Positions 1-10,338 of a stretch of DNA of 64,000 bases are shown here, piece by piece. The stretch lies in NCBI GenBank assembly GCA_963733195.1, contig CAVTCR010000065.1:1-64000 (forward strand), written 5' to 3'. Each line of letters begins with the position of its first letter. The first letter of the stretch is position 1. The position numbers and the translations under genes were made by a program. The notes under the pieces are model-generated. The model was not told the origin of the DNA, searched no databases, and was given only the letters and a program-made list of their open reading frames with translations. The stretch comes from an uncultured delta proteobacterium. Its GTDB lineage: Bacteria; Desulfobacterota; Binatia; Bin18.

Positions 1-36
1 CGGAGAGCCCCTGCAAATCCCCAATTTCAAGGCACA

Positions 37-228
37 TCAGTCACTGTGGCTGCGGCTGTCAATGCTCAAGAGGGCTTGCTGGAACTCGTCGGCGGACACC
101 TGAAAGTGCTTGATCAAGCGCTTGGTATCGACGAGATCCTGGGGATACTGCCGCAAATGGGCAGCAAGCCTGTTCACGACGTCAAGTCGCAAGTGTGGCT
201 CGTGAGGAACGGGACGTGAGGTGGTCAT
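37..228 (-). CDS. small hypothetical protein (63 aa)
   Basis: ORF with good RBS (AGGAG) upstream of ATG; no recognisable motif. Confidence 0.5.
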   Translation of the reverse strand: MTTSRPVPHEPHLRLDVVNRLAAHLRQYPQDLVDTKRLIKHFQVSADEFQQALLSIDSRSHSD

Positions 229-468
229 AGAGGACTCCTGTTGATTCTATGGGTATGGAGAAAACAAAAATACGGGATGTAATGTACCTGGGTGAGACGT
301 TGTGCAGAGAAAACCTTGCATCACATGAGAAGGTTTCCTGCAAGTCCCCCTCGTCGGTCGTGTTTTAGATGTGTTGATAACGGGCTGCAAGTTTTTGATT
401 TCTAATGTCTTTTAAGAAAGCCAACAACAATTCTGCGACACTACCAGGAATTGCGTTCCGAGGGTCTC

Positions 469-2091
469 TCAGCGTGGAAATTGGTGGCCTCCGGACGTAA
501 CTGGCTGTAGCTTCTGGCTAAAAACCGTTGCTCCGGTCATATCCTTCAAGCTGATTGTCATCACCGCCGTGCGGCCATCAATGTCCACCTGTCCGAAAAA
601 CTGTAGACCGGCGAGCGGGGAAACATTGGGGGCAGGTGGGGTCTTCTGGAATATCACCTGAGGACCAAAGGTATTGTCCAGCGCGATGGGGCCGAAGCTC
701 CCGGCATTGAGTGGGCCTGCGATAAATTCCCAGAACGGGTCGAAATCATGATACTGAGCCTTACGCGGGTCGTAATAATGCGCCGCGCAATAGTGGACAT
801 CAGCCGTGAGCCACACGACGTTTCGGATCCGTTCGCGTTTGCTGTAGCTGAGGATATCTGCGATTTCGAACTCCCGGCCTAATACAGGGCCATCTCCATT
901 CGCGGCATTTTCCCAGCGTGGGCGTCCCACGGTGTCCGTACCATCCCCGACCTGTAGCCCAAGGGGCATGTCGGAGGCGAGCACTTTCCACACCGCCTTG
1001 GATGCGCGCAGGTGCTTTTTCAGCCACGCGATCTGTTCCGTGCCCAAGAGGGCGGTGTCCGGTCCTGGCACGGTTTGTCGGTTATGGCTGTTGCCGGCAC
1101 GGTAACTGCGCATATCAAGGACAAAGACATCCAAGAGCTGACCATAGGGGATATAGCGATAGACCCTTTCGCGCTCTTCCACGCCGGTATAGCGCATGGG
1201 CGCATATTCAAGAAATGCGCGGGTACCATGGGCGATCAAGAGCGGCACATGTTTCCTGGTGTAGCGAGTATCAGCGGTTAAATCTTTCGACTTCGACCAG
1301 TTATTCACGACTTCGTGATCGTCCCACTGCCAAATCTGCGGGACTTCGGCGTTGAAGCGTCGCACGTTTTCGTCCAGCAGGTTGTATTTATACCGACCGC
1401 GAAACTCGGCCAACGTTTCGGCAACCTTGGAAACCTCGGGTGTGACGAGGTTATGCCACAATTGGCCATTCTCGGCTGTCACAGTATTGTGAATGGGGCT
1501 GTCGGCGTAAATAGTATCGCCACTGTGGATGAAAAAGTCGGGTCGAGTCCGTCGCATAGTTTCGTAAATCGTCATGCCGCCGCAGTCCGGGTTGATCCCC
1601 CAGCCCTGGCCAGCGGTATCCCCAGACCACAAAAAGCGGATAGCGCGATTTTTCACCGGTGCCGTACGGAAGGAGCCCTGAACTGGGTCACTCACAATGT
1701 GATCATTAGACAGATCTTGAAACATCACGCGCACAAAGATTTCGCTGTCGTTGCGTAGACCGGTCAGGTCCACACGCGCAGTGTAATCACTCGTTTCAAG
1801 AGCGGAGGGCCCACGAACGCGGATAGGGTTGGCAAAATGTTCGCTGACGTCGTACTCGACCAGCAACTGCGCAGCACGGTCCGAGCGGCTCCAGATAACC
1901 GCCCGATCAGCGCGAACGTCACCGATCTGTATTCCCTGCTCCAGGCGCGGCGTGCCGCCGGGGAGCGAGAGCACGTTGCGTGCGGCATGGACTGTAGACG
2001 TGGTGCCTCCCGGAACCGCCACCGAACCGACCAGTAAACCCGCAGACTTCAAGAACCTGCGGCGCGAGATAGGGTCATGGAATCCCATCAC
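469..2091 (-). CDS. phoD: PhoD-family alkaline phosphatase D, Tat-exported
   Basis: SRRRFLK Tat motif; HSGDTIYAD, WDDHE, DMRSYR and TADVH metallophosphoesterase motifs. Confidence 0.93.
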   Translation of the reverse strand: MMGFHDPISRRRFLKSAGLLVGSVAVPGGTTSTVHAARNVLSLPGGTPRLEQGIQIGDVRADRAVIWSRSDRAAQLLVEYDVSEHFANPIRVRGPSALETSDYTARVDLTGLRNDSEIFVRVMFQDLSNDHIVSDPVQGSFRTAPVKNRAIRFLWSGDTAGQGWGINPDCGGMTIYETMRRTRPDFFIHSGDTIYADSPIHNTVTAENGQLWHNLVTPEVSKVAETLAEFRGRYKYNLLDENVRRFNAEVPQIWQWDDHEVVNNWSKSKDLTADTRYTRKHVPLLIAHGTRAFLEYAPMRYTGVEERERVYRYIPYGQLLDVFVLDMRSYRAGNSHNRQTVPGPDTALLGTEQIAWLKKHLRASKAVWKVLASDMPLGLQVGDGTDTVGRPRWENAANGDGPVLGREFEIADILSYSKRERIRNVVWLTADVHYCAAHYYDPRKAQYHDFDPFWEFIAGPLNAGSFGPIALDNTFGPQVIFQKTPPAPNVSPLAGLQFFGQVDIDGRTAVMTISLKDMTGATVFSQKLQPVTSGGHQFPR

Positions 2092-2221
2092 GCACCGCCT
2101 CTATGTCCAATAGTATGAGATTGTGACGCATGGGAACCGCTTTTCTCACTGTTTGGGCAAACATGAATGCGGACCGCTGCCACGATACCAGGGAATCTTT
2201 TTCATTGCTGGAGTCTCACTG

Positions 2222-2743
2222 CTACTGATCGCGCTTGTTCTTTTTGATTGCTGCGATAAGGGGCTCGACCAATGATTCCGGCAGTCCATTTTGCTCACTC
2301 ACGTGCACATAGGAGCCTGCTGGTTCGGCGTAGAAGACGCCGCTCACTGCGCGTTTCTCGCCTGTCGGCGCGACCGGTTCGAGACGAAAAAACATGCCCT
2401 GTATCCCATGTATACTATACTCTTCCCCAGTGCTGATGACCTGCCATCCCTCGTGTGGGGCGATGTCAATCAGACCTTCTACCGCTTCGCGAGGCGTGAC
2501 CGGGAAATGTTGTCGCCCTGCGTAGGTGGGATCTGATGGCGGTTCCCCAGTCACGAGCGCTTCCACCGACGACTGAACCGAGCGACAACTCGTGTTTAGC
2601 AAGAGACCGCTCAGAAGCAACCCCAACAGCGATGGCCACAACAGAGAGGAGTAGGAATGCACCGACGACGAGAATCTCTCGCGTGTGCCGCTGCCTGCTG
2701 TTCGTGTGGCACGCAGCCGGGTACAATGTGGATTCATCAGCAA
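2222..2743 (-). CDS. hypothetical lipoprotein/exported protein
   Basis: hydrophobic stretch ending LLLNTSC (lipobox-like); start uncertain. Confidence 0.5.
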   Translation of the reverse strand: MLMNPHCTRLRATRTAGSGTRERFSSSVHSYSSLLWPSLLGLLLSGLLLNTSCRSVQSSVEALVTGEPPSDPTYAGRQHFPVTPREAVEGLIDIAPHEGWQVISTGEEYSIHGIQGMFFRLEPVAPTGEKRAVSGVFYAEPAGSYVHVSEQNGLPESLVEPLIAAIKKNKRDQ

Positions 2744-2797
2744 ACCCCCATGAGTAGTAAGCAGTGCATGAGACTACACAATTCTTCCGTTGCATGC

Positions 2798-3061
2798 ATG
2801 ATTCCGCCCGGTGACCTCCTTATCTTTTTGGACGACAAGTTAATCAAATGGCCTATCAGCGTAGACGAGGAACAAGGAGTTATTCTAGCGTGTACCTTGA
2901 ATGAGAAAGGTCAGCCATATTTGGATGAGCAGAAGGGCGAAGTTGTAAAGCACATGTTGCGAGGTCGCGTTGATATTGTCCTCAAGCCGAATGCGCCTGA
3001 GCATGTTAGAGAATTGTACGAGAAGATGAGACAGGAATACCGTGCTGCGGTGGAGACGTGA
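2798..3061 (+). CDS. hypothetical protein (~87 aa)
   Basis: protein-like composition from MIPPGDLL; start chosen by inspection. Confidence 0.45.
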   Translation: MIPPGDLLIFLDDKLIKWPISVDEEQGVILACTLNEKGQPYLDEQKGEVVKHMLRGRVDIVLKPNAPEHVRELYEKMRQEYRAAVET

Positions 3062-3069
3062 TCGTCGCG

Positions 3070-3330
3070 ATCCGGGAGGAAGAAACGCTCGCTACACCGG
3101 ATCATTAATAATCATTTGGAACAGGACCATAGAGATATCAAACAATGTACGTAGCCAATGGGCGGCGTTAAGAGTGTCGAAGCAGCCAAACGCTTTTGCC
3201 AAGTCTATGATGACGTGCGAATTTTCTGCGGTCGCGATCTTGCCGGAACGAGAGAGTCTCACTTGCACACCAGCGACTGCACTGCACAGTTAACACGCGT
3301 GTCCTCCTGAGCTCGTTAGCGGCAGCGTAA
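3070..3330 (+). pseudogene. IS6-family transposase C-terminal remnant
   Basis: manual translation INNHLEQDHRDIKQCT*PMGGVKSVEAAKRFCQVYD...FLRSRS..RVSLA resembles the IS6/IS240 DDE C-terminus (NNxxEQDHRxxK); internal stop and frameshift. Confidence 0.7.
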
Positions 3331-3433
3331 ACCCGCAGCCAATACGTTTCCTTGTGGGAGCGAAACAGATCTTGGCGGTAGCACGATGAGGGAACTCAGG
3401 TTGATCGCCCACTACCAAATGGAGGAATGGTGG

Positions 3434-3772
3434 CTAGGGAAGGGAAGAAAGGTATCTTTTGAGTGCCTCGACCACGGCTGTGCGATCCGATTCCGATAAT
3501 CGGCCACTACGCCGAACAAGCAATTGATTATCCAGGGTGAATAATTTGAGGCGGACGAGGCAGAATGTGTGCAGCCCCGCTGTTGCAAGGTCGGTGATCG
3601 TAGTGTCTCCAGGCCAGGGGGAGTGAGATTTCGTTGTAATCATGGCGAGGATGGTATGGCCATTTTCGTTGAACGCCGTCGTACTGAGTGCGAGCGCCGG
3701 GCGACGCTTTACTCGAGCTTTGTCGGTGAACGGGAAAGGCACAATTACCACGTCCCACGGATCACAGATCAC
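3434..3772 (-). CDS. type II TA toxin, PemK/MazF family
   Basis: DVVIVPFPFTD..KRRPAL motif; overlaps upstream antitoxin. Confidence 0.9.
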   Translation of the reverse strand: MICDPWDVVIVPFPFTDKARVKRRPALALSTTAFNENGHTILAMITTKSHSPWPGDTTITDLATAGLHTFCLVRLKLFTLDNQLLVRRSGRLSESDRTAVVEALKRYLSSLP

Positions 3773-3986
3773 GAAAGGCCTCGTCGTCCTCTGGTGAGTT
3801 CCACTCTTCTAGCGTGGCGGACAGCGCCTGGTGAAATGCAGCATCAAACGGCTCGACCCGTTTGAGAATTACTGCACCTTCCTGTACTTCATAAGCGATC
3901 AAATCCCCCGGTTTCAGGGAAAGGATATCTTGTATTTCTTTCGGGACGGTAATCTGTCCTTCGGTGGAAAGTTGGCTGAGATGCAT
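3762..3986 (-). CDS. AbrB/MazE/SpoVT-family antitoxin
   Basis: GQITVPKEIQDILSLKPGD AbrB motif; acidic tail EEWNSPEDDEAFRDL. Confidence 0.88.
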   Translation of the reverse strand: MHLSQLSTEGQITVPKEIQDILSLKPGDLIAYEVQEGAVILKRVEPFDAAFHQALSATLEEWNSPEDDEAFRDL

Positions 3987-4213
3987 GAACACTCTCCCTT
4001 TTGCTACAAGGGTAAAGGTACGAGATGAGGAAAGACCCGTCAACGTGTCTGGGTAACAGAGAGCATACGAAGGTAAGAAGAGAAAGTGGGCAGATATGAA
4101 GGAGTGCTCATTTCTGCTGAACGTCAACAAATAGGGTGAGAAGCGGGGGGAGGAAATTCATGAGTGATACTCATTGTTGAAACGTTTCTTGCAGCAGTCT
4201 AAGCGGTGACTCA

Positions 4214-4424
4214 GAGGCTGTTGGAAGGGTTTGGAAATCAGGTCATTGTGAGCCCTTCGACGGAGCCTGTTCTGAGCTTGACGAAGGGCTCAGGATAAAC
4301 TCCGCGAAGCAATCTTTGCCGACAAAAGAGATTGCTTCGTCGCCGGAGCCTGTCCTGAGCGTAGCGCAGCGAAGTCGAAGGGCTCCTCGCAATGACAAGT
4401 CTGGCACATTTTTCGGACAGTCTT
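4214..4424. repeat. nested palindromic repeat/MITE (RPE-like core)
   Basis: GTCATTG..CGAAGCAATCT / AGATTGCTTCG..CAATGAC inverted arms (4242-4396) with internal CCCTTCG..CGAAGGG hairpins; outer IS-like ends GAGGCTGTTGGAA / TTCGGACAGTCT. Confidence 0.7.
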
Positions 4425-5618
4425 TCAGCTACCCTGAGGCGGCCCGGCAACAGCAATGCGGTAGCCAGTCTCTTTCTCGTACCGATCGATTTCTTTGATT
4501 ACTGCATTCATCGCGCCACCGATAAGGCGGTCGTGATCTGTGCGACACCACTCTCGGGAATTTACGGTCAGATCCGCTGAGCCTTGGAAACGGGGGAAGA
4601 CTTCTTTGGCGAGCAGTTCATAGGATGCCAACGATGCCTGCCGTTCGACCCAGTCATTGGCCATAATCAGGAAACAGCCAAAACCGCCGGATTGCTTTTT
4701 CAATCTCTCAAGTTGTGCTATTGCATCATCCGGGTCGCCAATAACCGCGGTGCCAGAATCGACAAGCGCTTGGGGCCATTTGCGGGGATCAGATTCTTCG
4801 GGTGCAAGAGGTAGCGCGACGACGTTGCGAAAATAATCAATCCACTCGTGGATACCGTACTCAACTTCCTCAAAGGCTTGTTTACGCGTGCGGGCAATGT
4901 GCATTGGTCCCACCAACCGCCAAGTCGAGCGATCGACTTGATGGCCGTATTTCTGCGCTTGATCGTTCCAGATTTTCCAATGGTCGCCCAACACCGCAAA
5001 CCCTCCCATGCTGGTGGCACCGAGAGAGAGGACACCAGCACCGTACCGACCGGCAGTGCGCGGTCCGGCGGGAGAAACCGTTGCGGCCACAGCAATCTCA
5101 AAATGTGGATAGGTGTACGGTCGCAGTTGCAACCGCGCATCACGCAGTGTGAACCAATCAGTCTGTATCGAGACCGGCTCATTAGCAGTGAGCAATGCCA
5201 TGATCGCGCCTAACGACTCTTCCATGCGTTCACGCTGGGTTGCAGGATCGATACCCATCATGTGAGCATCGGACGGCAACGCGCCTGGCCCTACGCCGAA
5301 CATCACTCGTCCGCGAGTGATGTGATCGAGGAGTACCATACGATCGGTGAGTATGAGGGGATGATGATACGGAAGGGAGCTGACGCCGGTTCCCAGGCGA
5401 ATGTGGCGCGTGCGTTGGGCGGCGGCGGCAATCATGACTTCGGGCGATGCAATAATCTCCAAGCCAGCGGAGTGATGCTCGCCAATCCAGGCTTCGTCGT
5501 ACCCTAGTTCGTCAAGACGAACAATGAGTTCCAGATCGCGCTCCAACGCGAGGGTTGGATTCTGTCCTGCCGGATGAAAGGGCGCCATAAAAATACCAAA
5601 GCGTAACGGACGTTCCAT
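4425..5618 (-). CDS. LLM-class flavin-dependent monooxygenase (LimB-like)
   Basis: RFGIFMAPFH, WIGEHHS, LGTGVSSLPYH, GVGPGALPSDA. Confidence 0.9.
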   Translation of the reverse strand: MERPLRFGIFMAPFHPAGQNPTLALERDLELIVRLDELGYDEAWIGEHHSAGLEIIASPEVMIAAAAQRTRHIRLGTGVSSLPYHHPLILTDRMVLLDHITRGRVMFGVGPGALPSDAHMMGIDPATQRERMEESLGAIMALLTANEPVSIQTDWFTLRDARLQLRPYTYPHFEIAVAATVSPAGPRTAGRYGAGVLSLGATSMGGFAVLGDHWKIWNDQAQKYGHQVDRSTWRLVGPMHIARTRKQAFEEVEYGIHEWIDYFRNVVALPLAPEESDPRKWPQALVDSGTAVIGDPDDAIAQLERLKKQSGGFGCFLIMANDWVERQASLASYELLAKEVFPRFQGSADLTVNSREWCRTDHDRLIGGAMNAVIKEIDRYEKETGYRIAVAGPPQGS

Positions 5619-5769
5619 AAGATTTCCTCCTGAGCTGGACGCGAGCCTTTCCGCGCGCCCAATATATGGTGCCGCGATTATAAAGCCGGTCAAGCGCTAC
5701 GTGATCAGCTCTGTATGATCTGATCGCAATCATACTGGACCCTATGCTGTCGTCAACACAAAGGGGGTC

Positions 5770-6288
5770 CTACCACCACGCTTCATCCCAGAGCAGCAAA
5801 CCGACAACCGCCCGACGGTGATGTCGGCGCGTATAGGTTTCCGCTGCGGCGACCGCAACTGCTTCATCGAAATGATACGAGAGAATATCGCTTTGCCGCG
5901 TGTATGTAGGTTCGGGTTCGCGCAGGACAACGAGTGTTCTTCCCGTTCCACTCTGCCGACCAGGTTCTCGCGAAGAATTGCGTTGGTTCACGGGAACGCG
6001 GTTCTGCGTCCTTCTCGTGACATCGTTCCCTCCAGGCTTGTGGGTGCTGTAGCGCTTCTCCAGTAACCAGAACTGAGAGATGCCTCTGGGGATGTATTGC
6101 CGCGCCTCGTCATAGAGACACTCCATGTGCGTCTTGTTCAATAAGACACTCCATCGCTTCGACTTATTGGTGACGTAAATAAATAAATGATCCGCGTCAT
6201 TTCGGCCTGAACGGGTAAAGGGAGTTCTGACTGGAAGGACGGCCGAGGGCAAGTCGCGGTAAAAAGGGTCGTATTTCTCTTGCTCCAT
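5770..6288 (-). CDS. hypothetical protein
   Basis: long ORF in intergenic position; no motif recognised. Confidence 0.45.
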   Translation of the reverse strand: MEQEKYDPFYRDLPSAVLPVRTPFTRSGRNDADHLFIYVTNKSKRWSVLLNKTHMECLYDEARQYIPRGISQFWLLEKRYSTHKPGGNDVTRRTQNRVPVNQRNSSREPGRQSGTGRTLVVLREPEPTYTRQSDILSYHFDEAVAVAAAETYTRRHHRRAVVGLLLWDEAWW

Positions 6289-6564
6289 GATGTGCCGCTT
6301 ACCATAGCGAGAGAAGCTATGGCGGGGCAACAGTAGAGCCGAAGACAGAAAGACGACGGGGTTTCTCCAGAACTGCCAAACGAAACAGAAGTCTGAGGGC
6401 TGAGTCTGCTCCTTGTACGGCAGCGATAAACCGCCTACATAAGTGAGGAGACTTTCCCTTGGGCAGGGAACCCGTCACCGACAGAGACCGGGCTGTTGGT
6501 GGGAACCAGTGCGCCGGGGGAGGCGTACTGCGAGCGGAGATCATCCGCGGAGTGAGAACAGCGT

Positions 6565-9500
6565 ATGAAGTTTTCTGAAGTGGTGGCGCAAACGCTCAAC
6601 TGGCTGCAACGCGAGGGGCGGGTGTCGTATCGGGCACTCCGCTTAGAGTTTGACCTCACGGAGGACGTACTGGACGCCCTCAAAGAAGAACTCATCGAGG
6701 TTAAAGAACTGGCGGTCGACAAAGACGGCAAGATGTTGGTGTGGAAAGGGGCTGAGGGAACTCCCTTACCTTCGAGTAGTGCGCCTTCGTCATCCCAGCC
6801 CCCCGCTAGTTATACGCCACCCCACCTGGCCGAACGCATTCGCGCCGAGCAGGCGGCAATGGAAGCCCGTGGCACGTACAGACGGCGAACGCAAAACCAT
6901 CACCGCCCTCTTTGCCGACCTCAAAGGCTCGACGGCCCTGATCGAAGGACTTGATCCGGAAGAGGCGCGAGCCATCATTGACCCAGCGTTGCAACTGATG
7001 ATGGACGCCGTGCATCGCTATGAGGGGTATGTGGCGCAAGCGCTGGGCGATGGCATCTTTGCCTTGTTCGGTGCGCCCCTTGCCCATGAGGATCATCCCC
7101 AACGCGCCCTCTATGCCGCGCTGCGCATGCAAGAAGAGATGCGGCGGTATGGGGACTCACTGCGAGAAAAGGCGTCTCCGCCCCGCTGATGCGGGTGGGG
7201 GTGAACACCGGGGAAGTGGTGGTGCGCTCCATTCGCAAAGATGATCTCCATACCGACTATGTTCCAGTGGGGCACTCCACCAATCTGGCGGCGCGCATGG
7301 AACAGACTTGCTGCGCCCGGTTCCATTCTTGTCACCGCCCATACGCACACGACTGACCGATGGCTATTTTGCGTTCAAGGATTTGGGCCAGACACAGATC
7401 AAAGGGGTCGAGGCACCCCTCAAGGTCTACGAGGTGCTGGGGGCGGGACCGCTGCGCACCAAACTGCAGGTCGCGGCCCGCCGGGGGCTCACCCGGTTTG
7501 TCGGGCGGCAGAAGGAGATGGAGCAGCTGCAACACGCGTTAGCGCAAACCAAAGCTGGACATGGACAGCTGGTCGGCGTGATGGGTGAACCCGGGCTGGG
7601 GAAGTCACGGCTCTTCTACGAGTTCAAGCTGACCTGCGCAGAGTGGCTGTCTTGTGTTGGAAGCTTACTCGGTCTCGCATGGCAAAGCCTCGCCGTATTT
7701 ACCCGTGATTGAACTGCTCAAGAGCTACTTTCAGATTCAGCTCCAGGATGATGAGCGGACACGACGCGAGAAGATCGGTGGGAAGGTGTTGATGTTAGAT
7801 CGCAGCCTGGAAGACACCTTGCCCTATCTCTTCGCCCTGCTCGGCATCGATGACCCGCAATCCAACCTCCAGCAAATGGACCCACAGCTTCGGCGCCGCC
7901 GGACGTTCGACGCGATCAAGAAACTCTTGCTGCGCGAGAGTCTCAATCAGCCGCTGATCCTCATCTTTGAAGACCTGCACTGGATCGATAGTGAGACGCA
8001 GGGATTTCTCGACCTCCTGAGTGAGAGTGTGGCCTCTGCGCGCATCTTATTGTTGACCAACTATCGGCCGGAATATCGCCATGAGTGGGGAACATAAGAC
8101 GTATTACACCCAAGTGCGTTTAGCGCCCTTAGGGAAGGAAGAAGCAGGGGAATTTCTGGATGCCCTGTTGGGCACGACCGTAGGGGCGACCGGCTGGTCG
8201 TCCCTCCACGCCCTTAAACAACTCATCTTGGAGAAAACCGAAGGGACGCCGTTCTTCATGGAGGAGGTGGTACAGACCCTGGCCGAAGAAGGAGTCTTAA
8301 GTTGGCGAACGTGGTGAGCTATCGGCTCACGCTCCACGCACCGACGTTGCATATCCCGACCACGGTCCAAGGCGTGCTGGCAGCCCGTATCGATCGCCTC
8401 GCGCCAGACGAAAAAGTCCTGCTCCAGCACCTTGCCGTCATGGGGCGGGAGTTTCCCTTGAGCCTGGTGCGCCAGGTCATCCTCCAGTCCGAGGAGGAGC
8501 TGTATCGCATGCTGGCGTCGTTGCAGCACAGGGAGTTTCTCTACGAACAGCCTGCACTCCCCGAAGTGGAGTACCTCTTTAAGCATGCCCTGACCCAGGA
8601 AGTCGCCTACAACTCGGTATTGCTTGAGCGGCGCAAAGCCCTGCACGAACGGACGGCGCAGGCGATCGTGCAACTGTACCAGGAAAACCTGGACGAGCAC
8701 TACAGTGACTTGGCCCATCACTACAGCCGTAGTGGCAACACCCAGAAGGCGGTGGAGTATCTCGGCCTAGCTGGGCAACAGGCCGTACAGAGATCGGCGA
8801 ATGCAGAAGCAATGACGCACTTGACCACAGCCCTGGAGTTGCTCACGACTCTGCCGGACACGCCGGAGCGCACCCAGCAGGAGCTGGCCTCTGCGGATCA
8901 CCCTCGGTCCCGCTTTGATCGCCACCAAAGGCTGGGCTGCGCCGGAGGTGGAAACAAACCTACACCCGGGCACGCGAGCTGTGTCAGCAGGTGGGGGAGA
9001 CGCTCTCAGCTCTTCCCCGTGCTGTGGGGGTTGTGGGTGTTTCATGATCTGCGGGCGAAGTTCCAGAAGAGCCACGGAACTGGGGGAGCAGCTCCTCAGC
9101 CTGGCCCAGCGCATGTCAGACCCCGCTCTCCTTCTCGAGGCCCACGTAGCACTAGGGTACACGTTCTTTTACCTCGGACAATTTGCCGCAGCCAGAGAGC
9201 ACTCGGAGCAAGGCGTTGCCCTCTATGACCCTCAGCAACACCGCACTCTGGCTGTCCTCTATGGCGGAACGGACCCTGGGGTGTATTGCCTCTCCGCTGC
9301 GGCCCAGGCCCTCTGGATGTCTTGGCTATCCGGACCAAGCCCGGAAGAGGAGCCAAGAGGCGCTTACGCCTGGCCCAGGAGTTGGCTCACCCCCATAGCC
9401 TGGCTTTTGCGCTAAGCCTTGGCTGCTAGAGTTCACCAGTTCTGTCAGGAGGCGCAGGCCACCCAAGAGTGGGCCGAAGCCGCTATTACCCTCTCGACCG

Positions 9501-10097
9501 AGCAGGGGCTTCCATTCTGGTTAGCGTGGGGAACCATCATGCGAGGGCTGGACGCTGGCCGCTCAGGGGCAGGGGGAAGAAGGGATTGCGCAGATCCGCC
9601 AAGGCTTGGCCGCCTACCGGGCCACAGGGGCAGAGGCGCAGAGGTCATACTTTCTTGTGTCTATTGGCCGAGGCATATGGGAAAGTCGGGCAGCCAAAGG
9701 AAGGGCTCGCTGTGCTGACCGAAGCGCTGGCAATGGTAGACAACAGTGGGGAGCGTATGTGCGAGGCAGAGCTGTATCGGCTGAAAGGCGAGCTAACGCT
9801 GCAAAAGTTCCCAGTTGCCAGTAGTCAGTCGTCAGTGACCAACCCCCAATCCCCAACTCCTAACCCCCAAACCGAAGCCGAAGCGTGTTTTCTGAAGGCC
9901 ATCGAGATTGCTCGCCGACAACAGGCGAAGTCATTGGAGCTGCGCGCTTCAACAAGCCTTGCTCATCTATGGCAGCGGCAGGGCAAGCACCACAGAAGCC
10001 CACGCAGCTGCTGGCCGAGGTCTACGGCTGGTTCACTGAAGGATTTGATACCAAGGACTTGCAAGAGGCGAAAACGCTGTTGGAAGAGTTGAGCTGA
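6565..10097 (+). CDS. class III adenylate/guanylate cyclase with AAA ATPase and TPR-like domains (multiple frameshifts)
   Basis: ERKTITALFADLKGST, GDGIFALFGAP, Walker A GEPGLGKS, IFEDLHWID, FKHALTQEVAY, C-terminal YGWFTEGFDT across consecutive ORF fragments. Confidence 0.9.
8180..8206 (+). repeat. GTAG-family REP palindrome inserted in frame in the cyclase gene
   Basis: GTAGGGGCGACCGGCTGGTCGTCCCTC hairpin, translated VGATGWSSL. Confidence 0.6.
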
Positions 10098-10338
10098 AAC
10101 ACAGAGTGCAAACGTAACCGGAAGAGAAACAAACAACTATCATCCAAGAGCGGATTGCTGCCGAACTTTATTTCCACGCTATTTGGCACGACCTCGAGAA
10201 AAACTCACAGATATTAACACCAAAAGTATAAGCCAACTTCGAGGAAACAAATTCTTTATGCTACTCCTCCTTAGCGAATATATCGTTCGATGTTGTGTGG
10301 ATTTTGAGGGACTACCGTCGAACGTTGCTTTGTTGGCA

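Noticed and set aside
3285-3322. attC-like GTTAAC...GTTAGC
   Set aside because: Too short, lacks L boxes and lies inside the IS6 remnant
6565-10097. Cyclase (also katG, ehr, Uma2, hydratase, argG) as true pseudogenes or programmed frameshifts
   Set aside because: Scattered single-base indels with otherwise intact motifs, even in argG, fit long-read consensus errors better; raw reads are needed to decide
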